DNA of 64,000 nucleotides from an uncultured Akkermansia sp. (lineage in GTDB: Bacteria; Bacteroidota; Bacteroidia; B-17B0; Aurantibacillaceae). This document shows positions 40,031-49,874 of the stretch, piece by piece. The position numbers and the translations under genes were made by a program. The notes below the pieces were generated by a model. It searched no databases and was not told where the DNA came from. It saw only the letters and a list, made by a program, of their open reading frames with translations. The DNA lies in contig CAZPEC010000008.1 of the NCBI GenBank assembly GCA_964585565.1, positions 8,201-72,200 on the forward strand, given 5' to 3'. Position 1 is the stretch's first letter; every line of letters begins with the position of its first letter.

Positions 40031-42476
40031 ATTTTTTCTTATTACGTGTTTGTGGATATCTTGTAACTATGTAGATGCACAAATAATAAACGGAAAAATA
40101 TTTGATCAAAAAAGTAAACAACCCATCCCTTTCGTATTTGTTGGTGCAGAAAACTCACATCGCGGAACAATGGCCGACGTGGACGGAAGCTTTAAGCTCT
40201 CTTTAGATAGTTCCATCAACCAACTAACCGTATTTATTACCGGATATCATAAAAAAATAATCCCTGTAAATGAAATAAATACAGAAAAACCTTTATTCAT
40301 TTATCTGGAAGCAAATAATATTTCTTTGCCCGAAATAGTTGTAAGGCCCAAGGAAAATCCGGCAAACGAATTAATTAGAAGACTAATTAAAAATAAAGAA
40401 AAATTAGACCCCAGGAATTTGAATTTTTATTACTGCGAAACCTACAGCAAAACATATTTCACTCTGAGCGACAGAAACGGTAAAGAAGATTACTATAATG
40501 TTGATACAGCTAAATACAAAGAGGAAAAAAAATTACTGGATAAACAATATCTTTTTTTTATAGAATCAGCTTCAGAAAAAAAATACCGATACAAAAATAT
40601 ACAGCAAGAAAAAATAATTGCTTCCAGAGTTTCCGGTTTTAAATCGGCACCTTTTGCTTCTTTAGCCTCACAATTACAATCATTTACTTTTTTTGACGAC
40701 AAAATATCCGTAATGGATGTAAAATATATAAACCCCCTGTTAAAAGGAACTTTTAAACGATATCAGTTTGAAATTACCGACACCATATACGAAAAAACAG
40801 ACACCACCATTCTTATTATGTTTAAACCAAGAAAAGACGCTAATTTTAAAGCCTTGCAAGGAACCATTTACCTGAATAAAAATCAATATGCGTTAGCTCG
40901 CGTAATAGCAGAACCGGCTAACAATATCAATAATGCCAATAGTGTAAAAATTCAACAATTATACGAACGGGTTGATTCTATCAAATGGTTTCCAACACAA
41001 CTAGTAACAGAAATCTTATTTAATAATGTTAACGCAAATACCGATAACGAAAAAGACAATAAACCTGCCAGAATACTTAAATGCGTTAGCAGAGTATACG
41101 TAAGTAATGTGAAGCTCGACTCAGCGCTCATTATCAAAAAGAAAAACATTGAAGTAATCAATGCCAATAATTACGAAAAACAACCGGAAAGCTTTTGGGA
41201 GCAAAAAAGGAATGACACGCTAAGCGGAAAAGAAAAATACACTTATCATATCATTGATAGTGTAGGAGAAAAAACAAAATTGGAAAAAAAACTAAAATGG
41301 GCCAAAGTACTCATGTCGGGTATGCTTCCGTTGGTTGGGCCAATTAATCTAGATCTAAAACACCTCCTAAGAGGCAATGATTATGAGGGTTTTCGATTGG
41401 GAACTGGCCTCATAACAGGGGACAAATTAAGTCCCTGGTTCTCTATAGGTGGATATACCGCATACGGCTTTAAGGATAAAGCATGGAAATACGGCGGACA
41501 AATCCAAATAAATTTTTCGGAAAGTAAAGCCGTAAACCTAAAACTGGAAGCCGCCAGAGATGTTTTTGAAACGGCAAATTTTACTTTTCTTGAATCAAAC
41601 GCCACGTTCATTTCCAATCAGAATATCCGCCCTTTTTTGGTTGGTGTAATGGATAAAAAATCTTTTGCAAAAGCCTCCTTACAATTTCCCATTTATCGCT
41701 TCATTAAAAACAGTGTTTATTTTCAAAGCAGCGAAATCATTTCTCCTTCAGGCTACGGAAATTCTGAAACACAGTTTTCAGACCTGCAAAATAATTTTAT
41801 TACTCACGAAGCAGGTTTACAAATAAAATTTTGGCCCGGCGAAAAATTTACCGAGTCGTTTTTAGGATTAATTTCTTTGGGGAGTAAAGCCCCGTGCTTT
41901 TTCGTGAATTTTTCAAAAGCATTGCCTATGGAAATATACGGACATAAAAGCAATGTTACGTATTCCAAAGTAGACATGCGTATCAATCATAAACTATTTT
42001 TTAAAGTAAGGGGCTATTTCTCGTGGAGCATTCAAACAGGAAAAGTATTTGGTGACGTGCCCTATACCTTCCAGTTCAATAACAACGGCAGCCGAATATC
42101 AGCATTAGCCCTTAGTTGCGAAAACACCTTTGAAACCATGTTTCTAAATGAATTTATAAGTACCGAATATGCGCATCTATTTTTGACATATAACACCGGC
42201 AAAATAATAAGAATCAATAAATACTTTAATCCCGAAATTGAGTTATTACATAACATCGGACACGGAAATCTAACAAACCGAGAAAAACTTACGGGTATTT
42301 TACTCAACGATCTAAGTAAAGGATATAGCGAAGCCGGCATTCGGGTTAAAAACATGTATCAAAGCGGAATCAGCAGCTTTGGCTTAGGTGTTTTTTATCG
42401 CTATGGAAATTATGCTCTCGAAAACCCAAAAAACAATATAGTCGTGAAGCTGGTTTTATCCATAAATGTTGAATAG
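40017..42476 (+). CDS. CarboxypepD_reg-like plus DUF5686-type large outer-membrane-associated protein
   Basis: 819 aa. Signal peptide, then INGKIFDQKSKQPIPFVFVG...DVDGSFKL (carboxypeptidase-regulatory-like fold). Long beta-rich C-terminus. Overlaps tsaB by 14 nt. Confidence 0.6.
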   Translation: MRIHKFFLITCLWISCNYVDAQIINGKIFDQKSKQPIPFVFVGAENSHRGTMADVDGSFKLSLDSSINQLTVFITGYHKKIIPVNEINTEKPLFIYLEANNISLPEIVVRPKENPANELIRRLIKNKEKLDPRNLNFYYCETYSKTYFTLSDRNGKEDYYNVDTAKYKEEKKLLDKQYLFFIESASEKKYRYKNIQQEKIIASRVSGFKSAPFASLASQLQSFTFFDDKISVMDVKYINPLLKGTFKRYQFEITDTIYEKTDTTILIMFKPRKDANFKALQGTIYLNKNQYALARVIAEPANNINNANSVKIQQLYERVDSIKWFPTQLVTEILFNNVNANTDNEKDNKPARILKCVSRVYVSNVKLDSALIIKKKNIEVINANNYEKQPESFWEQKRNDTLSGKEKYTYHIIDSVGEKTKLEKKLKWAKVLMSGMLPLVGPINLDLKHLLRGNDYEGFRLGTGLITGDKLSPWFSIGGYTAYGFKDKAWKYGGQIQINFSESKAVNLKLEAARDVFETANFTFLESNATFISNQNIRPFLVGVMDKKSFAKASLQFPIYRFIKNSVYFQSSEIISPSGYGNSETQFSDLQNNFITHEAGLQIKFWPGEKFTESFLGLISLGSKAPCFFVNFSKALPMEIYGHKSNVTYSKVDMRINHKLFFKVRGYFSWSIQTGKVFGDVPYTFQFNNNGSRISALALSCENTFETMFLNEFISTEYAHLFLTYNTGKIIRINKYFNPEIELLHNIGHGNLTNREKLTGILLNDLSKGYSEAGIRVKNMYQSGISSFGLGVFYRYGNYALENPKNNIVVKLVLSINVE

Positions 42477-42478
42477 AC

Positions 42479-43351
42479 ATGCTGTTTATAGTATTTGCCA
42501 TATTACTAAGTGTTCTGCTGCTGATTATTTTTAAACAATTTCATAAATGGAATATAGATACTGTTTCGGCTATCATAATAAACTACCTGGTTGCCTGCGT
42601 ATGCGGTTACTTTATCAGTAAAATTTCAATCGTAAAACTATGGGAATATAACTTACAATGGAAATACTTTACCATACCCCTTGGAATTCTTTTCATCAGT
42701 GTGTTTTATGGAATCTCACTTACTGCACAAAAAATAGGGGTATCCATTGCTTCGCTGGCCAATAAAATGAGTGTGGTAATACCTATATTATTATCTATTT
42801 TGTTGCTCAATGAAAAAATAAGTTTAATACAAACTATAGGTATTGTATCAGCCCTTGTTGGCGTTTATCTTTGTTTAAAACCTAATCAACGTAATAAAAA
42901 TAAAAAGATATTTTGGCTACCCCTATTAGTTTTCTTAGGAAGTGGTATCATTGATGCTATGGTAGGTTACAGCTCAAAAACGTTATTAAATAGCGGCAAC
43001 GAAAGTGCCATATTTACCCAATGTATATTTTTAAACGCATTTATTGCAGGGGGCATTTTTACAATCATAAAGTATCTGGTAAAAAATAATTCGTGGAATT
43101 ACCAATCTGTAGGTAAAAACCTACTTGGAGGACTCCTCATAGGTATCCCTAACTTTTTCAGTATTTATTTTATATACAAGGCGCTGGAAATTTCCGGTGT
43201 TCCAACGGCCATTTTATTTCCAATACTAAACATTTCTAATGTATTATTATCTGCACTAATCGGCTATCTATTCTATCAGGAATCATATAATTTTCTAAAT
43301 AAACTGGGGTTTGCCCTAAGCGTTATTGCTCTAGTATTGATTTCAATATAA
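42479..43351 (+). CDS. EamA/DMT-superfamily transporter
   Basis: 290 aa with about 10 predicted TM helices in two similar halves. Starts 2 nt after the previous stop. Confidence 0.6.
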   Translation: MLFIVFAILLSVLLLIIFKQFHKWNIDTVSAIIINYLVACVCGYFISKISIVKLWEYNLQWKYFTIPLGILFISVFYGISLTAQKIGVSIASLANKMSVVIPILLSILLLNEKISLIQTIGIVSALVGVYLCLKPNQRNKNKKIFWLPLLVFLGSGIIDAMVGYSSKTLLNSGNESAIFTQCIFLNAFIAGGIFTIIKYLVKNNSWNYQSVGKNLLGGLLIGIPNFFSIYFIYKALEISGVPTAILFPILNISNVLLSALIGYLFYQESYNFLNKLGFALSVIALVLISI

Positions 43352-43407
43352 AAAACTTTATTTGGAAATAACTTTACTCCGAATTATTATTGCAGGCAAT
43401 AAAAAAT

Positions 43408-44349
43408 ATGACCCTAACATCTAAAGATCTCGAATTAATTAAAACCATGTGTGCTATTCATGCGCCAAGCGGAAACGAATCGGCAATGAAAAATTTTTTA
43501 CTGGCATACATCAAAAAAAACTGTACAACATGGAAGTACAAGCCGCTGATAATTGAGGGAACAGAATGGCACGATAACATTATACTTATATTTGGGAAAC
43601 CTAAAACGGCTATTTTTTCTCACATAGACAGCATAGGCTTTACCGTAAGATACGGTAATCAACTGGTAAAAATAGGAGGACCGGTTTGTAAAAGCGGATT
43701 TGAATTAACAGGAAAAGACAAACACGGAACTCAAACCGTTAAATTACACGTAGCCGAAAAAAAGGGAATAAAAACACTTTCTTATAAAGGAAAACGACAT
43801 TTTGAAACCGGAACTGATTTGGTTTTTAAACAAACTTGGAAAGAGAATAAAGATTATATACAATCCTGCTATATAGATAATCGGTTGGGAGTTTTTAATG
43901 CATTAAAAGTAGCAGAAGATTTAAAAAACGGAGCTATTGTTTTTTCTACATACGAGGAACATGGGGGAGGCAGCGTTTCTTACATCCAAAAATATCTTCG
44001 CGAAAAATATAAGATACAACAGGCTTTAATCTCCGATATATCCTGGATATCAGATGGTGTAAAACCCGGATTAGGTCCGGTTATTTCTATGCGAGATAGT
44101 TTAATTCCCAGAAAAAGTTTTGTAGAAAAAGTTATTGGGATTGCCGATAAAAATAAGCTAAAATACCAGTTAGAAGTAGAAGGAAGCGGAGGGAGTGATG
44201 CTAAAGAACTTCAGCAGGCAGAATATTTGTGGGATTGGTGTTTTATTGGCGCCGCAGAACAGAATGTACACACACCAATGGAAAAAGTACACAAAAAAGA
44301 TATTGAGCAAATGATTTTACTCTACAAAGCGCTGATGAAACACCTGTAG
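43408..44349 (+). CDS. M42 family metallopeptidase (glutamyl aminopeptidase / CelM-like)
   Basis: Motifs APSGNE, SHIDSIGF, IDNRLGV, YEEHGGGS and NVHTPMEKV. The ATG at 43408 is preferred over the TTG at 43390. Confidence 0.72.
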   Translation: MTLTSKDLELIKTMCAIHAPSGNESAMKNFLLAYIKKNCTTWKYKPLIIEGTEWHDNIILIFGKPKTAIFSHIDSIGFTVRYGNQLVKIGGPVCKSGFELTGKDKHGTQTVKLHVAEKKGIKTLSYKGKRHFETGTDLVFKQTWKENKDYIQSCYIDNRLGVFNALKVAEDLKNGAIVFSTYEEHGGGSVSYIQKYLREKYKIQQALISDISWISDGVKPGLGPVISMRDSLIPRKSFVEKVIGIADKNKLKYQLEVEGSGGSDAKELQQAEYLWDWCFIGAAEQNVHTPMEKVHKKDIEQMILLYKALMKHL

Positions 44350-44364
44350 AAAAGAAAAGAAAAG

Positions 44365-44398
44365 AAAAAAACCGTTTCTTATTGAGAAACGGTTTTTT
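44365..44398. terminator. Bidirectional intrinsic terminator between the M42 peptidase gene and the HU gene
   Basis: Perfect 9-bp stem ACCGTTTCT / AGAAACGGT with a 5-nt loop, flanked by an A-run on the left and a T-run on the right. It can therefore terminate transcription on both strands. Confidence 0.8.
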
Positions 44399-44417
44399 AA
44401 TTAATTGCTTAATGCAA

Positions 44418-44699
44418 TTACTTGCCTTTGTTAACTGAAGAAGATAACTCAGCACCGGCTTTGAATTTCACAACTTTTTTAGCTGCGATTTTAATTTCTT
44501 TACCGGTTTGAGGGTTACGCCCGATACGAGCTGAACGCTTAGCCACCGAGAAAGAACCGAATCCAACTAGACCGATTCTGTCACCTTTTTTAAGGGCTTT
44601 GTTGATAGCTTCGATGGTAGCGTCAAGAGCGCGACCTGCATCAGCTTTGGTTAACTTTGAACCAGCTGCAATTGCGTCGATTAGTTCTGCTTTGTTCAT
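44418..44699 (-). CDS. hup: HU family DNA-binding protein
   Basis: 93 aa. [11 protein letters not shown]...[26 protein letters not shown]. Confidence 0.9.
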   Translation of the reverse strand: MNKAELIDAIAAGSKLTKADAGRALDATIEAINKALKKGDRIGLVGFGSFSVAKRSARIGRNPQTGKEIKIAAKKVVKFKAGAELSSSVNKGK

Positions 44700-44740
44700 T
44701 TTGTTTTTTGTTAAGGGTTAAACAATTAATATTACGGGAA

Positions 44741-44748
44741 CAAATATA
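44741..44748 (-). promoter_or_regulatory. Candidate -7 box (TATATTTG) for the HU gene
   Basis: Perfect TAnnTTTG on the minus strand, about 42 nt upstream of the ATG at 44699. Confidence 0.4.
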
Positions 44749-44954
44749 TGCTCATAATCCTTACTTGTCAAGGGGTTTAGCCGTAAAACAGGCTGTTTTT
44801 GTTGAAAAATAGGCCTTTTGTTAATAACTAAGCCCGAAAATCAACTATACCAAGGGTTTTAAACAAGGCATAGGCTGATTCTGTTAATAGCAGGGAGTTT
44901 CGGAAGATTGGCCCCGGAAGCCTTATTTAACAAGGTTTTTGAAGTATAAAAAAC

Positions 44955-45929
44955 CTAAATAAAGTGTGTCTTTTCCGGAAAACGAAATCCGTTCAGTAAC
45001 TCCGGTACTGTCATTTTCCGTTTTCCCTGTAGTTGTAACTCTTCCAGTTGTATTTGTCCATCGGGCGTTTCTACACTTATAGATGATTTTCCTTGAATGT
45101 GTATGTACCCCGGGGCTATTTTATTTTCAATTGGTAAAATTGTTGCTTTATATATTTTTAGATGCTGCTCTTTACCCTGCTCATCCATAAAAACAGTGAA
45201 GGCGCCCGGGAAAGGAGACAAGCCTCTTATTTTATTATAGATGTTTTCGGCGGAAGAATTCCAGTTTATACGACAATCGTTTTTAAAAATCTTTGGGGCA
45301 TGACTTACATCATTCGGGTTTTGTTCAATTAATTGTAATGGCTTCTCTTCAATATAAGAAGCCTCTATTTGTTTAATGCTCTTCAACAATAGGTCTGCCC
45401 CTGTTTCCATCAGCACATCGTGCAACTCACCTGCTGTCATGTTAAAAGGAATTTCTACAGGCTGCTGCATCAGTATATTTCCGGTATCTATTTCATGGCT
45501 TAATTTAAAAGTAGTAACGCCACTTACTTTCTCTCCCTGCATGATAGCATGATTGATAGGAGCAGCCCCCCTATACTCAGGTAGTAAAGAAGCATGAAGG
45601 TTGTAGGTTCCCAATTCGGGCATATTCCATACTACTTCCGGCAACATGCGAAAAGCAACTACAATTTGTAAGTTTGCTCCAAGCTGTTTTAATTCATTTA
45701 AAAAAACGGTGTCTTTCAAATTACTTGGTTGCAAAACGGGCAGCTGGTGTTGCAGCGCAAATTCCTTAACGGCACTCTGCTGCAATTTTTGCCCCCTTCC
45801 GGCAGGCTTATCGGGTGCAGTAACTACCGCAGCTACCGAGTAGCCGTGCTCAATAATTTTTTTCAGAGAGGCAACGGCAAAAGCCGGCGTCCCCATAAAA
45901 ACTATTTTTAATTTTTTGTCTTTAACCAC
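44955..45929 (-). CDS. fmt: Methionyl-tRNA formyltransferase
   Basis: 324 aa. IVFMGTPAFAV and NLHASLLPEYRGAAPI. A GTG start is needed to keep the conserved first beta-strand. Confidence 0.9.
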   Translation of the reverse strand: MVKDKKLKIVFMGTPAFAVASLKKIIEHGYSVAAVVTAPDKPAGRGQKLQQSAVKEFALQHQLPVLQPSNLKDTVFLNELKQLGANLQIVVAFRMLPEVVWNMPELGTYNLHASLLPEYRGAAPINHAIMQGEKVSGVTTFKLSHEIDTGNILMQQPVEIPFNMTAGELHDVLMETGADLLLKSIKQIEASYIEEKPLQLIEQNPNDVSHAPKIFKNDCRINWNSSAENIYNKIRGLSPFPGAFTVFMDEQGKEQHLKIYKATILPIENKIAPGYIHIQGKSSISVETPDGQIQLEELQLQGKRKMTVPELLNGFRFPEKTHFI

Positions 45930-45935
45930 CCTATT

Positions 45936-48143
45936 CTACACATTTAGCCAGTAAACAAATTTAATTACTATTGCTCTGTTTTTTATAGAAAAATCGGTAT
46001 TGTCATAATTATCACTGTACACAATAAATAAATCACTCATAGGTTTAAAACGCCATTGTAGTCTGCCGTTAAAGTTGATATTTCTGGCCTGGGAGTTATA
46101 CTGCCAAAAGGTGGTAAGAAATACCGAACGAGAAAATGACATTTCTATTCTGGGGCTGATTAGATGCAACTGAACGGGTGTTGATAGGTAAGGAAGATAA
46201 ATTTGATCAATGTTATAAGCCACGGAAAAAATAGCATAAGGCTGCATACGATATGAAACATCAACATGCGAGGAAAACTTTGTTCCTGAAAAATAACTTC
46301 CGTAAGCTCCGGATAAACTATAGGTAAAACGCTTTCTTACATCACTCTTATACGTTACGTTGGCATTTTGATAATAATAGTCGCCCGCATCGGTTACCTC
46401 CGTTCGTCCGGTAAAAGACACATCGGTAGGGAACAATAGCTTAGTGTAATTTGCAGCTCCCTTAATAGTAAAAAAAGACGTGTTTCTAAAAAAAACATCA
46501 TACGAAGGTTGTAAAAGCCAGTCGGTAGTTTGAAAATTTTTATTACTATAATAATCAAAATATACGGCCGGCCCCATTTTATTAACCGGGCTGTTTTTAG
46601 GATATATGTAATAATGCGTCATGGGTTCCAAACGCCAATAACTAAAACGGTTAACAAAACCATTGGCATCGCGCTGAAAAATTCGGGGCGTAAATCCGGT
46701 TTCGGCATTATAATTTTTATCTACATATTCGTGATTCCACATCACCATCAAATTTCTGTCTTCATAATGCAACCAACTGGCGTGTGTAAAAGCATTAGCA
46801 TCGTTTTTTCCGGAAAAAGAGTGATGGAAAAATAATTTTCCGTTCCAGCGATTATCGGCACTGTGTAAGTTATAATCTATTCCCGCCACTCGGTTGTAAT
46901 TTACGGTAGAAAACCCGGATGTGTCTATTTGCTGACGGTTAACAAAAATGGCAGAAATATTTGATCGCTTAAACACATTGTATTGTGCAGCGGCAACAAA
47001 ATAATTTTGAGAAAAATACTTTATGCTGTTGATAGTGGCATCGGCTGTTTGAATATCCATAATCCCGATACGCCATCTTTTGCTGGGCTTGCCACTTAAT
47101 CGAGCACCGGCTATAATGGGTATAATATTCCCATCGGTTAAGCCGATACGTCTGGAAAAAAAAGGGCGGATTTGCCGGAAGCCGAAACGGTCAAATAAAT
47201 CACTGTTTTCTATAAAAAACTGCCTCTGTTCGGGAAAAAACAAATTAAATCGCGTAAGATTGATAATTTGGCGGTCTACCTCTACCTGGCTAAAATCGGG
47301 GTTAACTGTTAAATCTAAATTCAAAGAGGTTCCCAGTACCATTTTGGCATCACCTCCGGCGTTAAAATTAATTTTTCTGGAACCTGCCACCTGATAATCT
47401 TCACTAAACCTGGTAATGCCGTATGGAATAAGCGAAACGTTAGAGCCTCTTTTTTGAGGCGCTTCTTCGAAAATTAATTTTCCTGTAAAAGCCAAAGATG
47501 ATATATTAAACTGGCGAGGAACTTTAACCCAGGTACTGCTTTCATTAAAATTTAAATCATTTCTGGCAAAATTAACTCTCCACTCATTTAGGTTATCTTT
47601 AAACCGAATAGATTTAAACGGTATCTGCATTTCCAACGTCCATCTGTCGTTATAACGCTTACATTCTCCGTACCACTTGTTATCCCAAATAGTGGTAACG
47701 CCCATTCCCCCTCCATTGGATACCAAACCCTCGCGCTGTACACCAAAAGGATTTAAACCAAAAGAAAAACCATTTTGTAAGTCGCTAAAAGGATCAATAG
47801 TAATCACAAAAGCATCACTTACAGGATAAGAAAAATCGCGCCGGAGAGATTGTATTACGTATTCATGTTGTATACTATCATAACAAATAGCGGCAACGTA
47901 TAAATTATTATCGTCATAAGCCAACATGACTTCGGTATGAACAATAGCCGGCGAAGTATCGTTAGGGAAATTTTGCCAGAAGCCGGATGCGCGAGAAGCA
48001 TTTAACCAAGTTTGCTCGGAAACATCGCCATCTATCACTATTTTATCTGTAACCCGTTTAGCTGTAATTGATTTATCTGAATTTTGAGCCCTAATCGTGT
48101 TCCCAAAAAAGAAAAAAGCGAGCAATAAGCAGTAAAGCTTCAT
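45936..48143 (-). CDS. Carbohydrate-binding family 9-like / DUF5916-type secreted beta-rich protein
   Basis: 735 aa. Signal peptide ...NTIRAQ. N-terminal IVIDGDVSEQTWLNASRASGFWQNFPND and a long beta-barrel-like C-terminus. Confidence 0.55.
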   Translation of the reverse strand: MKLYCLLLAFFFFGNTIRAQNSDKSITAKRVTDKIVIDGDVSEQTWLNASRASGFWQNFPNDTSPAIVHTEVMLAYDDNNLYVAAICYDSIQHEYVIQSLRRDFSYPVSDAFVITIDPFSDLQNGFSFGLNPFGVQREGLVSNGGGMGVTTIWDNKWYGECKRYNDRWTLEMQIPFKSIRFKDNLNEWRVNFARNDLNFNESSTWVKVPRQFNISSLAFTGKLIFEEAPQKRGSNVSLIPYGITRFSEDYQVAGSRKINFNAGGDAKMVLGTSLNLDLTVNPDFSQVEVDRQIINLTRFNLFFPEQRQFFIENSDLFDRFGFRQIRPFFSRRIGLTDGNIIPIIAGARLSGKPSKRWRIGIMDIQTADATINSIKYFSQNYFVAAAQYNVFKRSNISAIFVNRQQIDTSGFSTVNYNRVAGIDYNLHSADNRWNGKLFFHHSFSGKNDANAFTHASWLHYEDRNLMVMWNHEYVDKNYNAETGFTPRIFQRDANGFVNRFSYWRLEPMTHYYIYPKNSPVNKMGPAVYFDYYSNKNFQTTDWLLQPSYDVFFRNTSFFTIKGAANYTKLLFPTDVSFTGRTEVTDAGDYYYQNANVTYKSDVRKRFTYSLSGAYGSYFSGTKFSSHVDVSYRMQPYAIFSVAYNIDQIYLPYLSTPVQLHLISPRIEMSFSRSVFLTTFWQYNSQARNINFNGRLQWRFKPMSDLFIVYSDNYDNTDFSIKNRAIVIKFVYWLNV

Positions 48144-48147
48144 ACAA

Positions 48148-48909
48148 TTACAGTATCACGAGTACGATAATAAAAAACAACACGATGAGGAATATGATAA
48201 GTGATATTATTCTGGCTGCCTTTGCTAAGGCTAAACCTTTATATTTTGTCGGTTCTTCGGTAATTGCCCTTATTGCATTATTGGCCATAATTATGGAGGG
48301 TATAAAAAATAGCGCAAAAGGTATTGCCAATATAGCAAACACAAAGGCCGAAATGGCCAAACGATGTGTTTTTTGAGGCCCCGTGTAAGGGGGCTTAGCA
48401 GCAGGATAATTAGTTTGAGAAGGAGCTGCAGGCACAGATTCAAATGTCTGAGAACTGCCATTGGCGTATTTAATGGTATTAACTTTATTAACGGAAGTTA
48501 CAATAGTGGGGCCATCTAAATTGTCACAACGTTTATACTTAATTTTTTCGTCGTTTACTTCAATTACTTTGGCTGAGACTATTCTTCCGTCGTGCATAAA
48601 AATAACATCACCGCAAGTGTCGGGATTCCATCTTACTGTTTTTTTAACCGGCAGAAGAGGATTCTTTTCTATATGAGCAGTAATTGGATTTTCTGACTGA
48701 AAAACAGTTGCTAATTCTAAAGATTCATTTTTCTGAATTTCTTCGGAAAAGTCTCGATTATTGGTATTTGTGTGATGTTTTTTAGTATAATTCCATGTAA
48801 TATGATAGCCCGGGCGATAATTTCTCTTTTGGATGGAACAAGAGAAAGTAGTTAAGAAAACTAATAAAATAGACGATATCTTTAAGCCCGAATAGAAAAA
48901 ATTCCCCAT
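48148..48909 (-). CDS. Membrane-anchored lipoprotein-like protein of unknown function
   Basis: 253 aa with lipobox TTFSC and two C-terminal TM helices (LAISAFVFAILAIPFALFFIPSII ... IISLIIFLIVLFFIIVLVIL). Confidence 0.5.
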   Translation of the reverse strand: MGNFFYSGLKISSILLVFLTTFSCSIQKRNYRPGYHITWNYTKKHHTNTNNRDFSEEIQKNESLELATVFQSENPITAHIEKNPLLPVKKTVRWNPDTCGDVIFMHDGRIVSAKVIEVNDEKIKYKRCDNLDGPTIVTSVNKVNTIKYANGSSQTFESVPAAPSQTNYPAAKPPYTGPQKTHRLAISAFVFAILAIPFALFFIPSIIMANNAIRAITEEPTKYKGLALAKAARIISLIIFLIVLFFIIVLVIL

Positions 48910-48953
48910 TTCTGCAAAGATATTGAATCTTTTTTGATTCCCCTTCTATTGCA

Positions 48954-49742
48954 TCAAAAACCTAAACCTATGGAATATCTTATATGAATTGTTGGAAAAA
49001 CGCTTGTAGCAAGTTTTTTATGTGTTTTATGATACGCCGTTAAGCTCATGGTTGGATCATGGCTCATCTTATACTCATCATATTTTAACCACTTATACCC
49101 CACACTCAATCCAATTTCATTAAACAAATTTTTCCGCTTACCGAAAAAGGATAGATGTCCAATCCCCACGGAAGCATGGTGAAAAATAAAATTAAAATTT
49201 TTCTGTTCTTCAGAGATATTATTCCTATCCAAAATGCTCTTATTTAGGGTGTAGTTAACCCCCTCAAATCTATAATCAATTTGAAAAAAAGTGTTTCTGT
49301 TTGCACTCCAATCATTAAAAAAATATTTAAATCCAACAGAGGTACTTGGCAGGGCATAAAGGAATTTTGCTCCTTTAATTAGCGTTCCCGGATTTAAGGT
49401 TTCCGCATAGTCAGTATAAGACTTAAATAATTCAACATAACTTAGTTCAAAGTTATCTCTACCAAAAATATAGCCCAAAGAAAAACTCACAAATAATTTG
49501 TCCCAAACTTTTCTGTCGTAAAATAAAATTACTCGTTGCCTTAACAAGGCAGAAGGAGATAGTTTAATTAAATTATTAATTGAATTATTTTTACCGGTTT
49601 TTTCATCTATAGAAGGAAAAAGGCAATTTTCACTGTAATTTTTTTCATAATAAAGTTTATCCTTAAGAGCAGCCGGTAATTGACCGGATGCAGTAAAGAA
49701 AAGCCATAAAAAGTATAAATGCCGAAACTTCAGAAAATACAT
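48954..49742 (-). CDS. Hypothetical outer-membrane beta-barrel-like protein
   Basis: 262 aa with an N-terminal hydrophobic signal, alternating aromatic beta pattern, and C-terminal ...YSIGLGF. Confidence 0.45.
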   Translation of the reverse strand: MYFLKFRHLYFLWLFFTASGQLPAALKDKLYYEKNYSENCLFPSIDEKTGKNNSINNLIKLSPSALLRQRVILFYDRKVWDKLFVSFSLGYIFGRDNFELSYVELFKSYTDYAETLNPGTLIKGAKFLYALPSTSVGFKYFFNDWSANRNTFFQIDYRFEGVNYTLNKSILDRNNISEEQKNFNFIFHHASVGIGHLSFFGKRKNLFNEIGLSVGYKWLKYDEYKMSHDPTMSLTAYHKTHKKLATSVFPTIHIRYSIGLGF

Positions 49743-49765
49743 TAGCTTTAATAATAAATACCAAG

Positions 49766-49773
49766 CAAATGTA
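49766..49773 (-). promoter_or_regulatory. Candidate -7 box (TACATTTG) for the 49742 gene
   Basis: Perfect TAnnTTTG on the minus strand, 24 nt upstream of the ATG at 49742, within a 132-nt intergenic gap. Confidence 0.4.
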
Positions 49774-49874
49774 TTTTTAGCGAGAAAAGGAAATAATGAT
49801 AATTATCACTCGTAAAAGTGAGAAAACACAAATACCACTAATTACAGCTGATAAAAGAAATTTTTAAAAAGGAT

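Noticed and set aside
44350-44370. Purine-only (AAAAG)n-like tract after the M42 peptidase gene.
   Set aside because: It is simple low-complexity sequence that merges into the A-run flanking the bidirectional terminator. There is no evidence for an independent function.
44700-44954. 255-nt gap between fmt and the HU gene, inspected for an SRP RNA, tRNA or other structured RNA because of a CCGGAAG-containing stretch.
   Set aside because: I found no match to the SRP domain IV consensus, no tRNA cloverleaf, and only 4-bp stems. It is best explained as the HU promoter and leader region.
44933-44956. AGGTTTTT / AAAAACCT inverted repeat overlapping the fmt stop codon, considered as the fmt terminator.
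   Set aside because: The stem is almost entirely A-T, it overlaps the coding end, and no U-tract follows on the minus strand.
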